Shown here: positions 42,142 through 51,030 of the stretch, in pieces
Numbering within the stretch: position 1 is the first letter of the stretch
Layout: the number at the start of each line of letters is the position of its first letter
From: Kiritimatiellia bacterium
GTDB taxonomy: Bacteria; Verrucomicrobiota; Kiritimatiellia; JAAZAB01
Reading direction: 5' to 3'
Length of the DNA stretch: 64,000 nt
NCBI GenBank assembly: GCA_040767085.1
Contig: JAXGPF010000007.1
Coordinates: 128,001 to 192,000, forward strand
Made by a program: the position numbers and the translations under genes
Notes under the pieces: generated by a model
What the model was told of the DNA's origin: nothing
Databases searched by the model: none
What the model saw: the letters and a program-made list of their open reading frames with translations, nothing else

Positions 42142-44151
42142 TCAAGGTTGGACGGCCGCCGACTGCAAATACCGCTGGATGTTATGCAAGCGGAACTCCA
42201 GGTTGAAAAGGCGGGAGTCAATGTACTCCGGCAATTCTTCCGGCCGGTAATACGGCGCCAGGGCGGCGGCCAGTTTCTCCCGCCAGCGCGCGCATTGTTC
42301 CAACAATCCCGGGATGCGCGCCAGGCAGGCATCCAGGCTGACCCGCTCGCCGCGGCGCGGCAGGCGATCGTAGTGCAAATTCGACAGTGATTTTTCCAGG
42401 CCGAGGGCCTGGTCGGCCATCTCCGCGCGGAAGAGATCGAACTCGCACCAGAGCTGCAACATCGCAAAATGTTCCCGGCCGCGCCTGATTTGCGGCTCGA
42501 GTACACTCAAGCAATTGCGGGCATAATGCGGATGGACGCCCATGTACCGGTAAATTTTGGCCACTTCCGCGGCCGCCGCCGGCGCCCCGAACAGGCGTCC
42601 GGCGGCAATGGCCGCAAAATCCTCGAAGCGGGTGGCGGGCGTCCACAGGTACTGGGCGGTGGCGGCCATGGCGTCGAGCGCCGACAGCCAGGGGCTGTAG
42701 GGCGGACGCGAGCCGCTGCTGCGCGACCAGGACGAAATGACCACCCCCTGCAATCCGGCGCCGGCGGCGTAATCGGCCCAGTTGGCGATGTTGTTGATCC
42801 GGTCAATAATATTGGGCTGACCGAAATTCCAATCGCACTGCCCGCTGCGGGCGGCGCCTACGCCCAGCACGCGGTAGCCCTGGCGCATGAAATATTCCGC
42901 ATGGGCGGACAGCTTGCCGATACCGGTCGCCGAATCCGGCTGGAGGTATTCCCGCGCGAATTCCACGGCCTTGGGTCCGGCATTTTCAAGGTAATGCTCC
43001 GCCAGCACCGGCATTTCGGGATGGTCGGCGCAGTACTTCCGGGTGTAACGCAGCCGGCCGTTCCAGGCCATGCGCGGGCTGCCGCGCGAGGTCGGCAGGG
43101 TATATATCCACTCGCACAGGATAATATCCTTCGGCAACCGGGCGACCTGCTCGGGTGTATCGCTGCGCCAGAACATGTCGCACCACATCATCGTCTGCTT
43201 GCCCCGCGCCTGCAGATGCCGGTGCATTTCCTCCACCTGGGCGCAAAACACATCCAGCTTGGTTTCGCCGCGCTGCAGCCGCTCCCTGCAACGCGGGCAG
43301 GACGCCAGGCTCCAGGTTTCATCCGCGCCGATGTGGAAGTATTGGTCCGGCCCGTGCAGGGCCAGCACCTCGTCCAGCATGGTTTTAACGGTTTGGACGG
43401 CATCAGGATTGGATGGACAGATTTCACTGACTTCCTCGCCCTCGCGCAACGCCGCAAACCGGTCGTGCTTCAGGACGTAATTCAAGTGGCCGTGCGTCTG
43501 CACCAGCGGGATGACGGTCATGCCCGCGGCCCGGCAATGCCGCAGGAAGGCATCCCATTCCTCCAGCTTAGGCGAACCGGGCAGCGTGATTTCGGGCGCG
43601 AAACGGAACGGGAAGCGGTCTTCATACTCCAGCAGCAGCGCGTTGATTTTCCAGCGGATCAGCCGGTTGGTGAAGTCGTATAAGCCCTCCAGCGACGGCA
43701 GGCCGCCCTTGCAATCCAGGTGGTAGCCGCGCAGGGCGATATCCGGATAATCCGCGATTTCGGCGCAGGGCAAACGCCCGCCGCAGATTTCCGCCAGTTG
43801 CAGCAAAGTGCGGAAGGCGTGCGCAAACCCGGCGGAGGCCGCCGCGGCGATAACCACCCCGTCCCGCTCAATGCGCAGCGCATAAGCCTCCGGCCGGCAC
43901 GCCGCCGGAACCGGCATCGTTCCTGGCAAAACTGCCGCGCCGGCCGTTGTCCCCAGCGCCAGGCGGCCGTCCGGCGCCGGCCGGCGCCGCGGCTGAATGC
44001 GCAGGGTGGCGCAAAATGCATCCAACAGGCTGCCGGCAGCGTTTTCCGGTACAGCCGCCTCCCCCAGGGCGCGGACATCCAGAAAACCATCCTTCCGACA
44101 CAATGATTTCGGCGCGGGCAGCAGGCGGATCTGATCGGCATTATTTTGCAT
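42142..44151 (-). CDS. GH20-family glycoside hydrolase (hexosaminidase-like)
   Basis: DYPDIALRGYHLD, QTHGH, HIGADE, MMWCDM. Confidence 0.85.
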   Translation of the reverse strand: MQNNADQIRLLPAPKSLCRKDGFLDVRALGEAAVPENAAGSLLDAFCATLRIQPRRRPAPDGRLALGTTAGAAVLPGTMPVPAACRPEAYALRIERDGVVIAAAASAGFAHAFRTLLQLAEICGGRLPCAEIADYPDIALRGYHLDCKGGLPSLEGLYDFTNRLIRWKINALLLEYEDRFPFRFAPEITLPGSPKLEEWDAFLRHCRAAGMTVIPLVQTHGHLNYVLKHDRFAALREGEEVSEICPSNPDAVQTVKTMLDEVLALHGPDQYFHIGADETWSLASCPRCRERLQRGETKLDVFCAQVEEMHRHLQARGKQTMMWCDMFWRSDTPEQVARLPKDIILCEWIYTLPTSRGSPRMAWNGRLRYTRKYCADHPEMPVLAEHYLENAGPKAVEFAREYLQPDSATGIGKLSAHAEYFMRQGYRVLGVGAARSGQCDWNFGQPNIIDRINNIANWADYAAGAGLQGVVISSWSRSSGSRPPYSPWLSALDAMAATAQYLWTPATRFEDFAAIAAGRLFGAPAAAAEVAKIYRYMGVHPHYARNCLSVLEPQIRRGREHFAMLQLWCEFDLFRAEMADQALGLEKSLSNLHYDRLPRRGERVSLDACLARIPGLLEQCARWREKLAAALAPYYRPEELPEYIDSRLFNLEFRLHNIQRYLQSAAVQP

Positions 44152-45184
44152 GAGTGCGGCTCCTGGCAGGCGGTTGAGCGGTGGAATCGCGGATAATCAA
44201 AGCGGCTTCCAGCACGATGGATTCGGGCAGCAGTGCGCGCTGGACTTCATTGCCTTCGATCCAGGCCACCAGCAGCCGCGCGGCGGCATCGGCTTTTTCG
44301 TTCATCTTTACGCCGACGGTGGTCAAACGGGGGCGCACGGCGGCGGCTAAGGGCAAATCGTCAAATCCCACCACCGAGATATCCCGCGGGACCAGCAGCC
44401 CTAAATCGCTCAGGCCGGCGATGGCGCCGGCGGCGAATTCGTCATCCTCGCACAAGAGGGCGGTCACCCCGCCCCGCCGGCCGGAGACCGCGCGCGCCAT
44501 CTGCACGGCGCTGGCAAACGAATTGTTTTCCAGACGGACCGGCACGGCAAACCAGCGGGGCGCCAGGTCGTATTGCCGGCAGAGAACGGGGTAAGCGGCC
44601 TGGCGGCCGGGATCGGACTCGTTGTAGCCCAGGAAGCCGATGCGGCGATGCCCCAGTTCGTACAGATGCCGGAAGGCCTGGGTCAACCCGCTGACATTGT
44701 CCGTGGTCACCATGCGGACAGCGGGATCTGCCGTCACCTGGCGCCGGATGGTGACCAGTGGCAGCGCCCGCGGGAGTCCGGCGCAACGGGCAACCAGTTC
44801 GCGTTCGTGCTTGGCATACATGCAGATCACGCCCGCCAGGTGGGTAACATCCAGGAACCCGCCGGCGGCGGGGGCGGATGCGGTCAGGTCCACCATGACC
44901 GGCGTGTATCCCAGTTCCCGGATGCGCAGGGACAATTTTTCAATCAGACTGTAAGTGGCATAGGCGTTTTGCGGCTGGGTAGTGATGCCGATCAGCCGGG
45001 TTTTTTTGAGGCGCATTAACCGGGCAGCCGCATTGGGGACATAGCCCATCTCACAGGCGGCCGCCAGCACTTTCCGGCGCGTGCCCGGCGCATAGGAAAA
45101 GCCGTCGGCATTGCGCAGGATACGCGATACGGTCGTATGGCTGACACCCGCCTGGCGGGCCACATCCAGAATATTGCCGGGCAC
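44141..45184 (-). CDS. LacI family regulator
   Basis: ILDVARQAGVSHTTVSRIL, YVPNAAAR, VPRDISVVGFDD. Confidence 0.95.
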   Translation of the reverse strand: MPGNILDVARQAGVSHTTVSRILRNADGFSYAPGTRRKVLAAACEMGYVPNAAARLMRLKKTRLIGITTQPQNAYATYSLIEKLSLRIRELGYTPVMVDLTASAPAAGGFLDVTHLAGVICMYAKHERELVARCAGLPRALPLVTIRRQVTADPAVRMVTTDNVSGLTQAFRHLYELGHRRIGFLGYNESDPGRQAAYPVLCRQYDLAPRWFAVPVRLENNSFASAVQMARAVSGRRGGVTALLCEDDEFAAGAIAGLSDLGLLVPRDISVVGFDDLPLAAAVRPRLTTVGVKMNEKADAAARLLVAWIEGNEVQRALLPESIVLEAALIIRDSTAQPPARSRTHAK

Positions 45185-45211
45185 TTGACGGCTCCCTTAA
45201 TTAACGTTTTA

Positions 45212-45252
45212 TGTTAACGTGTGCATAGTAGCCAAAGCCGGAGCAGTGTCAA
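45212..45252 (-). promoter_or_regulatory. lacI promoter with adjacent LacI-type operator
   Basis: TTGACA-N16-TACTAT; TGTTAACGTGTGCA (45212-45225) with central CG; related TAAACGTTTA at 45355-45364. Confidence 0.5.
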
Positions 45253-45522
45253 CCATAATTTTGGCGCAATAATTACGGCATATTGCGGCATATTTTGCAG
45301 TCCGGCAAATAAAATGCCCGTCGATCCCATGTTTTATCGCAGACTACGCTGGGATAAACGTTTAACAGTTAATTGGTTTTGATTTTGCCGGAAGAGGCTG
45401 TCCATCTGCCCCTCTGATCCCCTGCCCCTACCGCGCAAACAAACTGCTGAATTGATTTCTACCGGCGCTTGGTGTATCTTGTACGGACAGTTGTACAAAC
45501 ATGCATGCCAGTGACGAGCGGG

Positions 45523-46293
45523 ATGATGTCCGATCAAATGTATATCAACAGGGAATTGCAGGCCGGCAATCTCCGCCGGCTGCTGCAGGCTGGGGGCTTC
45601 CGGTTTATTGACGCTCAGACCCCGTGGTTTCCTTACACTTCCGGGCAAATTGGACCTTATTACGTTCAGAGCGTGGATATCGAAAAAGACGGCGAAGCCT
45701 ACGCCGCGGCGATCGAATCGCTGGCCCGGTTGATCCGGGACTGGGGGATTGAATTCGATGTGATTGCCGGCGGCGAAACCCGCGACTGGGATTTTTCCAA
45801 CCCTTGCGCCGCAGCCATGCGCAAGCCGCATGTTAAAATTTACAAGGACGGCCGGATGCTGGGCGCCGATGTCCGCGGCCGGCGCGTGCTGCACGTGGTG
45901 GACTTGAATAACGAGGGCTCATCCGTCCGCGATTACTGGCTGCCGCTGGTGACCCGCCGGGGCGGCCGGATGGCCGGCGTGGCCGCCTTTGTCGACCGCA
46001 TGGAAGAAGGCGTAGGCGTCATGCGTGAACTGGGGCTGCCCCTGGCGGCCGTGGCGCCCCTCGATCAGGCCGCCTGGCAAATCGCCCTGGACGGCGGCTA
46101 CGTTTCCCTTGCGACGCATGCCGACCTGGTGGCGCGCCAGCGCGATCCGCTGGCCTGGGCGCTGGACCGCCTGGCCCGCCACCCCGAGCCGCTGCGCCAG
46201 ATGCTGCAAGACGCCCAAAACCGGAACAAGGCTTTAAAGATCATTGCATTTTATAAAAAACATCAACCCGGATTGGAGCGGCTGGCCGATTGA
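45523..46293 (+). CDS. Orotate phosphoribosyltransferase-like protein
   Basis: FPYTSGQIGPYYV, IAGGET, VLHVVDLNNEGSS, FVDR; upstream of pyrC. Confidence 0.75.
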   Translation: MMSDQMYINRELQAGNLRRLLQAGGFRFIDAQTPWFPYTSGQIGPYYVQSVDIEKDGEAYAAAIESLARLIRDWGIEFDVIAGGETRDWDFSNPCAAAMRKPHVKIYKDGRMLGADVRGRRVLHVVDLNNEGSSVRDYWLPLVTRRGGRMAGVAAFVDRMEEGVGVMRELGLPLAAVAPLDQAAWQIALDGGYVSLATHADLVARQRDPLAWALDRLARHPEPLRQMLQDAQNRNKALKIIAFYKKHQPGLERLAD

Positions 46294-47258
46294 AAATTGA
46301 TCCACACGTGCATTGCCGCGACGGGCAGGAATCCTACAAGGAAACCATTGCCCATGTTTTCACCCTGTGCGACCAACAGGGCGTGGACATGATTTTCGAC
46401 ATGCCGAACACCGCGCCCCCGCTGCTGGCGGCGGCGGACCTGGAACGGCGCCTGGCCTTGGTCCCCCGCGCCGCGCGCGGCCGGTACAAAACTTTCATCG
46501 GCGCGACGGCCGACCCGGACCAGTTGCGCCAGGCGGCCGCCCTGGCGCGCGCCCACCCCGCCGATGTCGCCGGCCTGAAACTCTATGCCGGCCCATCCGT
46601 CGGTTCTTTGGCCGTCGGCGCGCCGGCGGCGCAAGCCCTGGTTTACCGCATCCTGGCGGAATGCGGCTTCACCGGCGTGCTGGCCGTGCACTGCGAGAAA
46701 GCCGCGCTTTTAAGCGATATTTTTAACCCGGCGCAGCCGGCCTCCCATGGCGCCGCCCGGCCGCCGGCCGCGGAAGCCGCATCCATCAACGACCAGGTTG
46801 ACTGTGCGCGCGCGGCGGGGTTCCGCGGCACGCTGCACATCTGCCATGTCTCCACTGCCGCCGCCCTGGACGCCATCCGCCGCGCCCGCCAGGCGTCGCC
46901 GGGGCCGGCCCTGAACATAACCTGCGGCGTCACGCCGCACCACCTGCTGTGGTCCGAAGAGCGGATGCAGGAGCCCGCGGGCCTGCTTTACAAGGTCAAC
47001 CCGCCGCTGCGGCCGGCGGCGGACACCGCCGCCCTGCGCACCGCCTTAAAACTCGGCGAGATCAACTGGATCGAAAGCGACCATGCGCCCCATGCGCTGT
47101 GCGAGAAACTGTATCCGCCCTATGCCTCGGGCTTTCCTTCCCTGTGCCTTTACCGCCGCCTGGTCGGGGAAATGCTGCCGGCCTGGGGGCTGGATGCCGC
47201 AACCATTAACCAAGCGACCGGCGGCAATATCCGCCAGGTCTTTCAAATGGAGCCATAA
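46290..47258 (+). CDS. pyrC: Dihydroorotase
   Basis: DPHVHCRD, DMPNT, VHCE, CHVST, KVNPPLR, SDHAPH. Confidence 0.88.
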   Translation: MKIDPHVHCRDGQESYKETIAHVFTLCDQQGVDMIFDMPNTAPPLLAAADLERRLALVPRAARGRYKTFIGATADPDQLRQAAALARAHPADVAGLKLYAGPSVGSLAVGAPAAQALVYRILAECGFTGVLAVHCEKAALLSDIFNPAQPASHGAARPPAAEAASINDQVDCARAAGFRGTLHICHVSTAAALDAIRRARQASPGPALNITCGVTPHHLLWSEERMQEPAGLLYKVNPPLRPAADTAALRTALKLGEINWIESDHAPHALCEKLYPPYASGFPSLCLYRRLVGEMLPAWGLDAATINQATGGNIRQVFQMEP

Positions 47259-47262
47259 AAAC

Positions 47263-48501
47263 ATGAAAATCCATGAACTCGCCGGCGTCAAGGTCGGCAT
47301 GTGCGTTTCAGGCGGACTGGACAGCCGCACCCTCGCCCATAAACTCCGGGAAACCGGCGTCAAGGTTTTGTGTTTCACGGCCGACCTGGGGCAGCCGGAT
47401 GAAACCGACATCCGCAATGTTGTCAAAAAAATGGCGCCATGCGGCGTGCGCACCATAATCGTGGACCTGAAAAAGGACATGGCGGAAGCCTGTTTCCAGG
47501 TGCTGAAAGCCCAGGCCATGTACGACGGCGGCTACTGGAACAGCACCGGCATTGCCCGGGCGGTGACCGTCCGCGGACTGTTGCCGGCCATGCGCCAGCA
47601 GGGCTGCATGGTGCTGGCCCACGGCGCCACCGGCCGGGGCAACGACCAGGTGCGCTTTGAGAGGTACACCAACGTGCTGGAGCCGAAAATGCGCGTGTAT
47701 GCTCCCTGGCGCGATCCGGAGATGTTGCAGGAATTCCCCGGCCGCACGGAAATGGCCGCCTACCTGAACCGGCATGGCATTCCGGCCTTTGCCGGCGGCC
47801 GGAAAAAATATTCCACCGACGCCAACCTGGCCGGACTGTCGCATGAAGCGGAGGACCTGGAAAGCCTGCAGACCCCCTGCACGATTGTCGAGCCGACCAT
47901 GGGCGTCTGGCCTGCCGCGGCGCCCAACCGCGCGGAGAAATTCCGCGTGCGCTTTGTCCGCGGCCGCGCCGCGACCGTCAACGGCAAAAAAGCCGATCCC
48001 CTGGCCATCATGCAGTTGGCCAACCGCATCGGCGGCCGGCACGGCATCGGCATGAAAAACGCCCTGGAAAACCGGGTGATCGGCACCAAGAGCCGGGGCG
48101 TGTACGAGGCGCCGGGCATGGAACTGCTCGGACGGTGCCTGGCGTTCGTTTACCAGGCGGTCATGGACCGCCGCGCCGCCGCCCTGTTCCGCCAGCTATC
48201 CGCGCTGGTGGCCGACCAGATATATGACGGACGCTATTTCGATCCGGCCACCCGGGCGGCGCAGGCGGCGATTGACGAATTGGCGCGGCATGCCGGCGGC
48301 GAGGTGGAAGTCGAGCTTTACAAGGGCAATATTCATTTCCGCCAGCTGACGGACTGCCCGGCCTCGTTATACAATCCCGCCGATTCCTCCATGGAAAAAA
48401 GCGAAGGGCTGAACCCGGTCAGTTCGCAGGGATTTATCGAGGTCCAGAGCGTCGAAGCGCGCAGCCTGGCGCGCGCGGGCCAGATTCGCGGACGGATTTA
48501 A
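47263..48501 (+). CDS. argG: Argininosuccinate synthase
   Basis: SGGLDS, HGATGRGNDQVRF, KSRGVYEAPG. Confidence 0.97.
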   Translation: MKIHELAGVKVGMCVSGGLDSRTLAHKLRETGVKVLCFTADLGQPDETDIRNVVKKMAPCGVRTIIVDLKKDMAEACFQVLKAQAMYDGGYWNSTGIARAVTVRGLLPAMRQQGCMVLAHGATGRGNDQVRFERYTNVLEPKMRVYAPWRDPEMLQEFPGRTEMAAYLNRHGIPAFAGGRKKYSTDANLAGLSHEAEDLESLQTPCTIVEPTMGVWPAAAPNRAEKFRVRFVRGRAATVNGKKADPLAIMQLANRIGGRHGIGMKNALENRVIGTKSRGVYEAPGMELLGRCLAFVYQAVMDRRAAALFRQLSALVADQIYDGRYFDPATRAAQAAIDELARHAGGEVEVELYKGNIHFRQLTDCPASLYNPADSSMEKSEGLNPVSSQGFIEVQSVEARSLARAGQIRGRI

Positions 48502-48511
48502 CGGCGATTAT

Positions 48512-49594
48512 TCACGCGCCGTGATATTCATGGATCGGGCCGGCGCAATTGAAGATCACCGCCAGCAGCGCCGTGCGCGCCCACATGCCGTTGCGCACCT
48601 GGCGCCAATACACCGCCCGCGGATCGCGGTCAACCTCCACGGCGATTTCCCGGCGGCGCGGCAGGGGATGCATGACCACCGCCTGCGGCGGCAGGATTTT
48701 CAGATGCGCGGCGGTGAAATGGAACCTGGTCAAATCGATGCGGCCGCTCTCGCCGGCGGTCCGGTCCCATTCATCCTGGATGCGCGTCATGTACACGGCG
48801 TCCGCCTGCGGCAGAACCTTTTCGAAATCATCGCCCAGCGAATTTTCAACGCCCGCGGCGTCCAGCAGATCGAGGATGTCCCGCCCGATCTGCAGTTGGG
48901 GCGGCGCGATGAAATACTGGCGCACGCCCTGGTAGTTCGTCAGCAGGTAAGCCAGCGAGCGCACGGTCCGGCCGCGCGCCAGGTCGCCGACGAACACCAC
49001 CGTCTTGCCGTCAATCCCGCCGCGCTTCTCGAAACTGCGCTGGAGGGTGTAAACATCCAGCAGCGCCTGGGTGGGATGCTGGTCCTTGCCCGAGCCGGCA
49101 TTGATGATCGGCACCGGGCGGTCCGACTGGGAAAACGTCCAGGCCATTTTCTCGGCCAGCCCGCCCACGGCCGAGCGCATGATAATCACGTCGGCGAAGG
49201 AACTGAACGTGCGGATGGAATCCTCCTGGGTCTCGCCCTTGATTTCGCTGGAGGTGGCGGTATCCCGCACTTCCACCGTCTTCATGCCCAGCATCTGGCA
49301 GGCGGAATGGAACGAAAGAAACGTGCGCGAACTTGGCTGGGTGAAGTACAGCATGGCCGTCTTGTGGGAAAGCTGGGCGCGCAGGAAATCCATGCCGGCC
49401 TTGGTTTTGGCGATATGCCGGATGCGCGTCGCCAATTCGCACAAGTCTTCCAGCATGGCGCGGGTAAACTGCTGCGCCAGCAGCACGTGAAACAACCGGC
49501 CGTCGCGGTCGAACAGGCGCGCCTTGCCGCAAGGAGGCATTTGCGCCAACTGCTCCCACGTGAGTTCTTCCCTGCCCTTGCCCGTCTGGCACAT
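48512..49594 (-). CDS. pyrB: Aspartate carbamoyltransferase
   Basis: PSSRTFLSF, INAG, HPTQ, RTVRS, TRIQDE, MHPLPR. Confidence 0.93.
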   Translation of the reverse strand: MCQTGKGREELTWEQLAQMPPCGKARLFDRDGRLFHVLLAQQFTRAMLEDLCELATRIRHIAKTKAGMDFLRAQLSHKTAMLYFTQPSSRTFLSFHSACQMLGMKTVEVRDTATSSEIKGETQEDSIRTFSSFADVIIMRSAVGGLAEKMAWTFSQSDRPVPIINAGSGKDQHPTQALLDVYTLQRSFEKRGGIDGKTVVFVGDLARGRTVRSLAYLLTNYQGVRQYFIAPPQLQIGRDILDLLDAAGVENSLGDDFEKVLPQADAVYMTRIQDEWDRTAGESGRIDLTRFHFTAAHLKILPPQAVVMHPLPRRREIAVEVDRDPRAVYWRQVRNGMWARTALLAVIFNCAGPIHEYHGA

Positions 49595-50596
49595 TTATTC
49601 CTCCAGGTCCGTCAAAGTTGCCACCATCACCGCCTTGATCGTATGCAACCGGTTTTCCGCCTGGTCAAACACCCGCGAAAACTGCGCCTCGAACACGTCG
49701 TCCGTCACCTCCAGCGCGCCGATCTCGCGGGTCAATTCCGTGTCCCGGTTATGAAAAGCCGGCAGGCAATGCAGGAAAATCACGCTGTTATGCTCCAGGT
49801 TGCCGGTCTGGCGCATGAGCGGCAGATTCACCTGGTACGGCATCAGCAACCGGCAGCGTTCCTGGAATTGCGCTTCCTCGCCCATGGAAACCCAGACGTC
49901 GGTGTAAACCACGTTGGCGCCGCGGACGGCTTCCGCCGGATCGCGGCATACCGTCACCGTCGCGCCGCTGGCCCGGGCCAACCGGCGCGCTTCCTCCAGG
50001 ACGCCCGGCTCGGGGACCAGCTCCGGAGGAGTGCAATCCACGAAATGCGCGCCGGCCATGGCGCAGCCGGTCATCAGCGAAGTGCAGACATTGTTGCGCC
50101 CGTCGCCGATAAACACCACCTTGATCCCCTTCAGCGCGTGAAAGTACTCGCGGATGGTCATCAAATCCGCCAGCGCCTGGGTGGGATGGAATTCGTCCGT
50201 CAACCCGTTCCACACCGGCACGCCGGCATATTGCGCCAGGATTTCCACCGTCGCTTGCTTGAACCCGCGGAACTGGATGCCGTCGTACATCCGCCCCAGC
50301 ACCCGGGCGCTGTCCTTGATGGATTCCTTTTTGCCGAGGTGAATGTCGCGGGCGCCGAGGTATTCCACACTCCCGCCCTCGTCCACCGCGGCGACGGTGA
50401 AAGCCGACCGGGTGCGGGTGGACGCCTTTTCAAAAATCAGGGCGATGCTCATGCGGCGCAGACGGTCGCCGCGGATGCCCAGCGCCTTCATACGCTTCAA
50501 CTGGTCCGCCAAATCCAGCAGCCCGATCATTTCCTCATGCGTGAGATCGGCCAATTTCAGCAGGCTGCGCCCCTTGAGTTTCAGTTTATTTTTCAT
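49595..50596 (-). CDS. argF: Ornithine carbamoyltransferase
   Basis: STRTR, NGLTDEFHPTQ, TDVWVSMG, HCLP, AENRLH. Confidence 0.96.
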   Translation of the reverse strand: MKNKLKLKGRSLLKLADLTHEEMIGLLDLADQLKRMKALGIRGDRLRRMSIALIFEKASTRTRSAFTVAAVDEGGSVEYLGARDIHLGKKESIKDSARVLGRMYDGIQFRGFKQATVEILAQYAGVPVWNGLTDEFHPTQALADLMTIREYFHALKGIKVVFIGDGRNNVCTSLMTGCAMAGAHFVDCTPPELVPEPGVLEEARRLARASGATVTVCRDPAEAVRGANVVYTDVWVSMGEEAQFQERCRLLMPYQVNLPLMRQTGNLEHNSVIFLHCLPAFHNRDTELTREIGALEVTDDVFEAQFSRVFDQAENRLHTIKAVMVATLTDLEE

Positions 50597-50628
50597 GCTC
50601 AACCAAACCTAAACGTTTGCATCAAAGC

Positions 50629-50671
50629 ATAGCGCATTATCGGGGTTTTGCAATGAATTTTTACGGCGGGG
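50629..50671. repeat. 43-bp imperfect direct repeat, copy 1
   Basis: ATAGCGCATTATCGGGGTTTTGCAATGAATTTTTACGGCGGGG; 36/43 ungapped identity to 63172-63214. Confidence 0.85.
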
Positions 50672-51030
50672 GTGGATGCGACGAATCGTTCCCGGAAGTG
50701 CTGCTGAAAACGAGATGCGCTGCAAAGAGCAAGTCGTTCGCATGGGAACGACTCAGTTAGCCGCCCCCAGACGGGACTGGCCGCCCTGCCAGGATTATGG
50801 CCACGCAAAGAAACTCGTTGAAACAAGTCAACTCGTATTATATTATATCTGCATTGTTCCGTCCGACGACCCGCCTCCTGCGAACGCCCGTTGGGCTGGC
50901 AAAGCACGACATTGGTTTTTTGCGGATTTTTTGTATTTACCTTGACACCCGATGCCGGAAAGTTCAAGATATTTGTGTCTGCTTGAACATACCAACATCA
51001 GGCAACTATACATTAAAAAGGTATTATAAT

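Noticed and set aside
45184-45520. attR duplicate of tRNA-Cys
   Set aside because: No copy of the tRNA 3' end and no integrase.
48521-50632. 703-aa plus-strand ORF and similar long antisense ORFs (27589-29559, 20085-21722, 38121-39881)
   Set aside because: Shadow frames of well-supported genes in high-GC DNA; no recognisable motifs.
50650-50670. ARG box upstream of argF
   Set aside because: Only the TGAAT half matches; the second half is absent.
50797-51030. 78-aa N-terminal extension of the GH2 ORF
   Set aside because: AT-rich, promoter-like DNA; the signal peptide follows ATG 51031.
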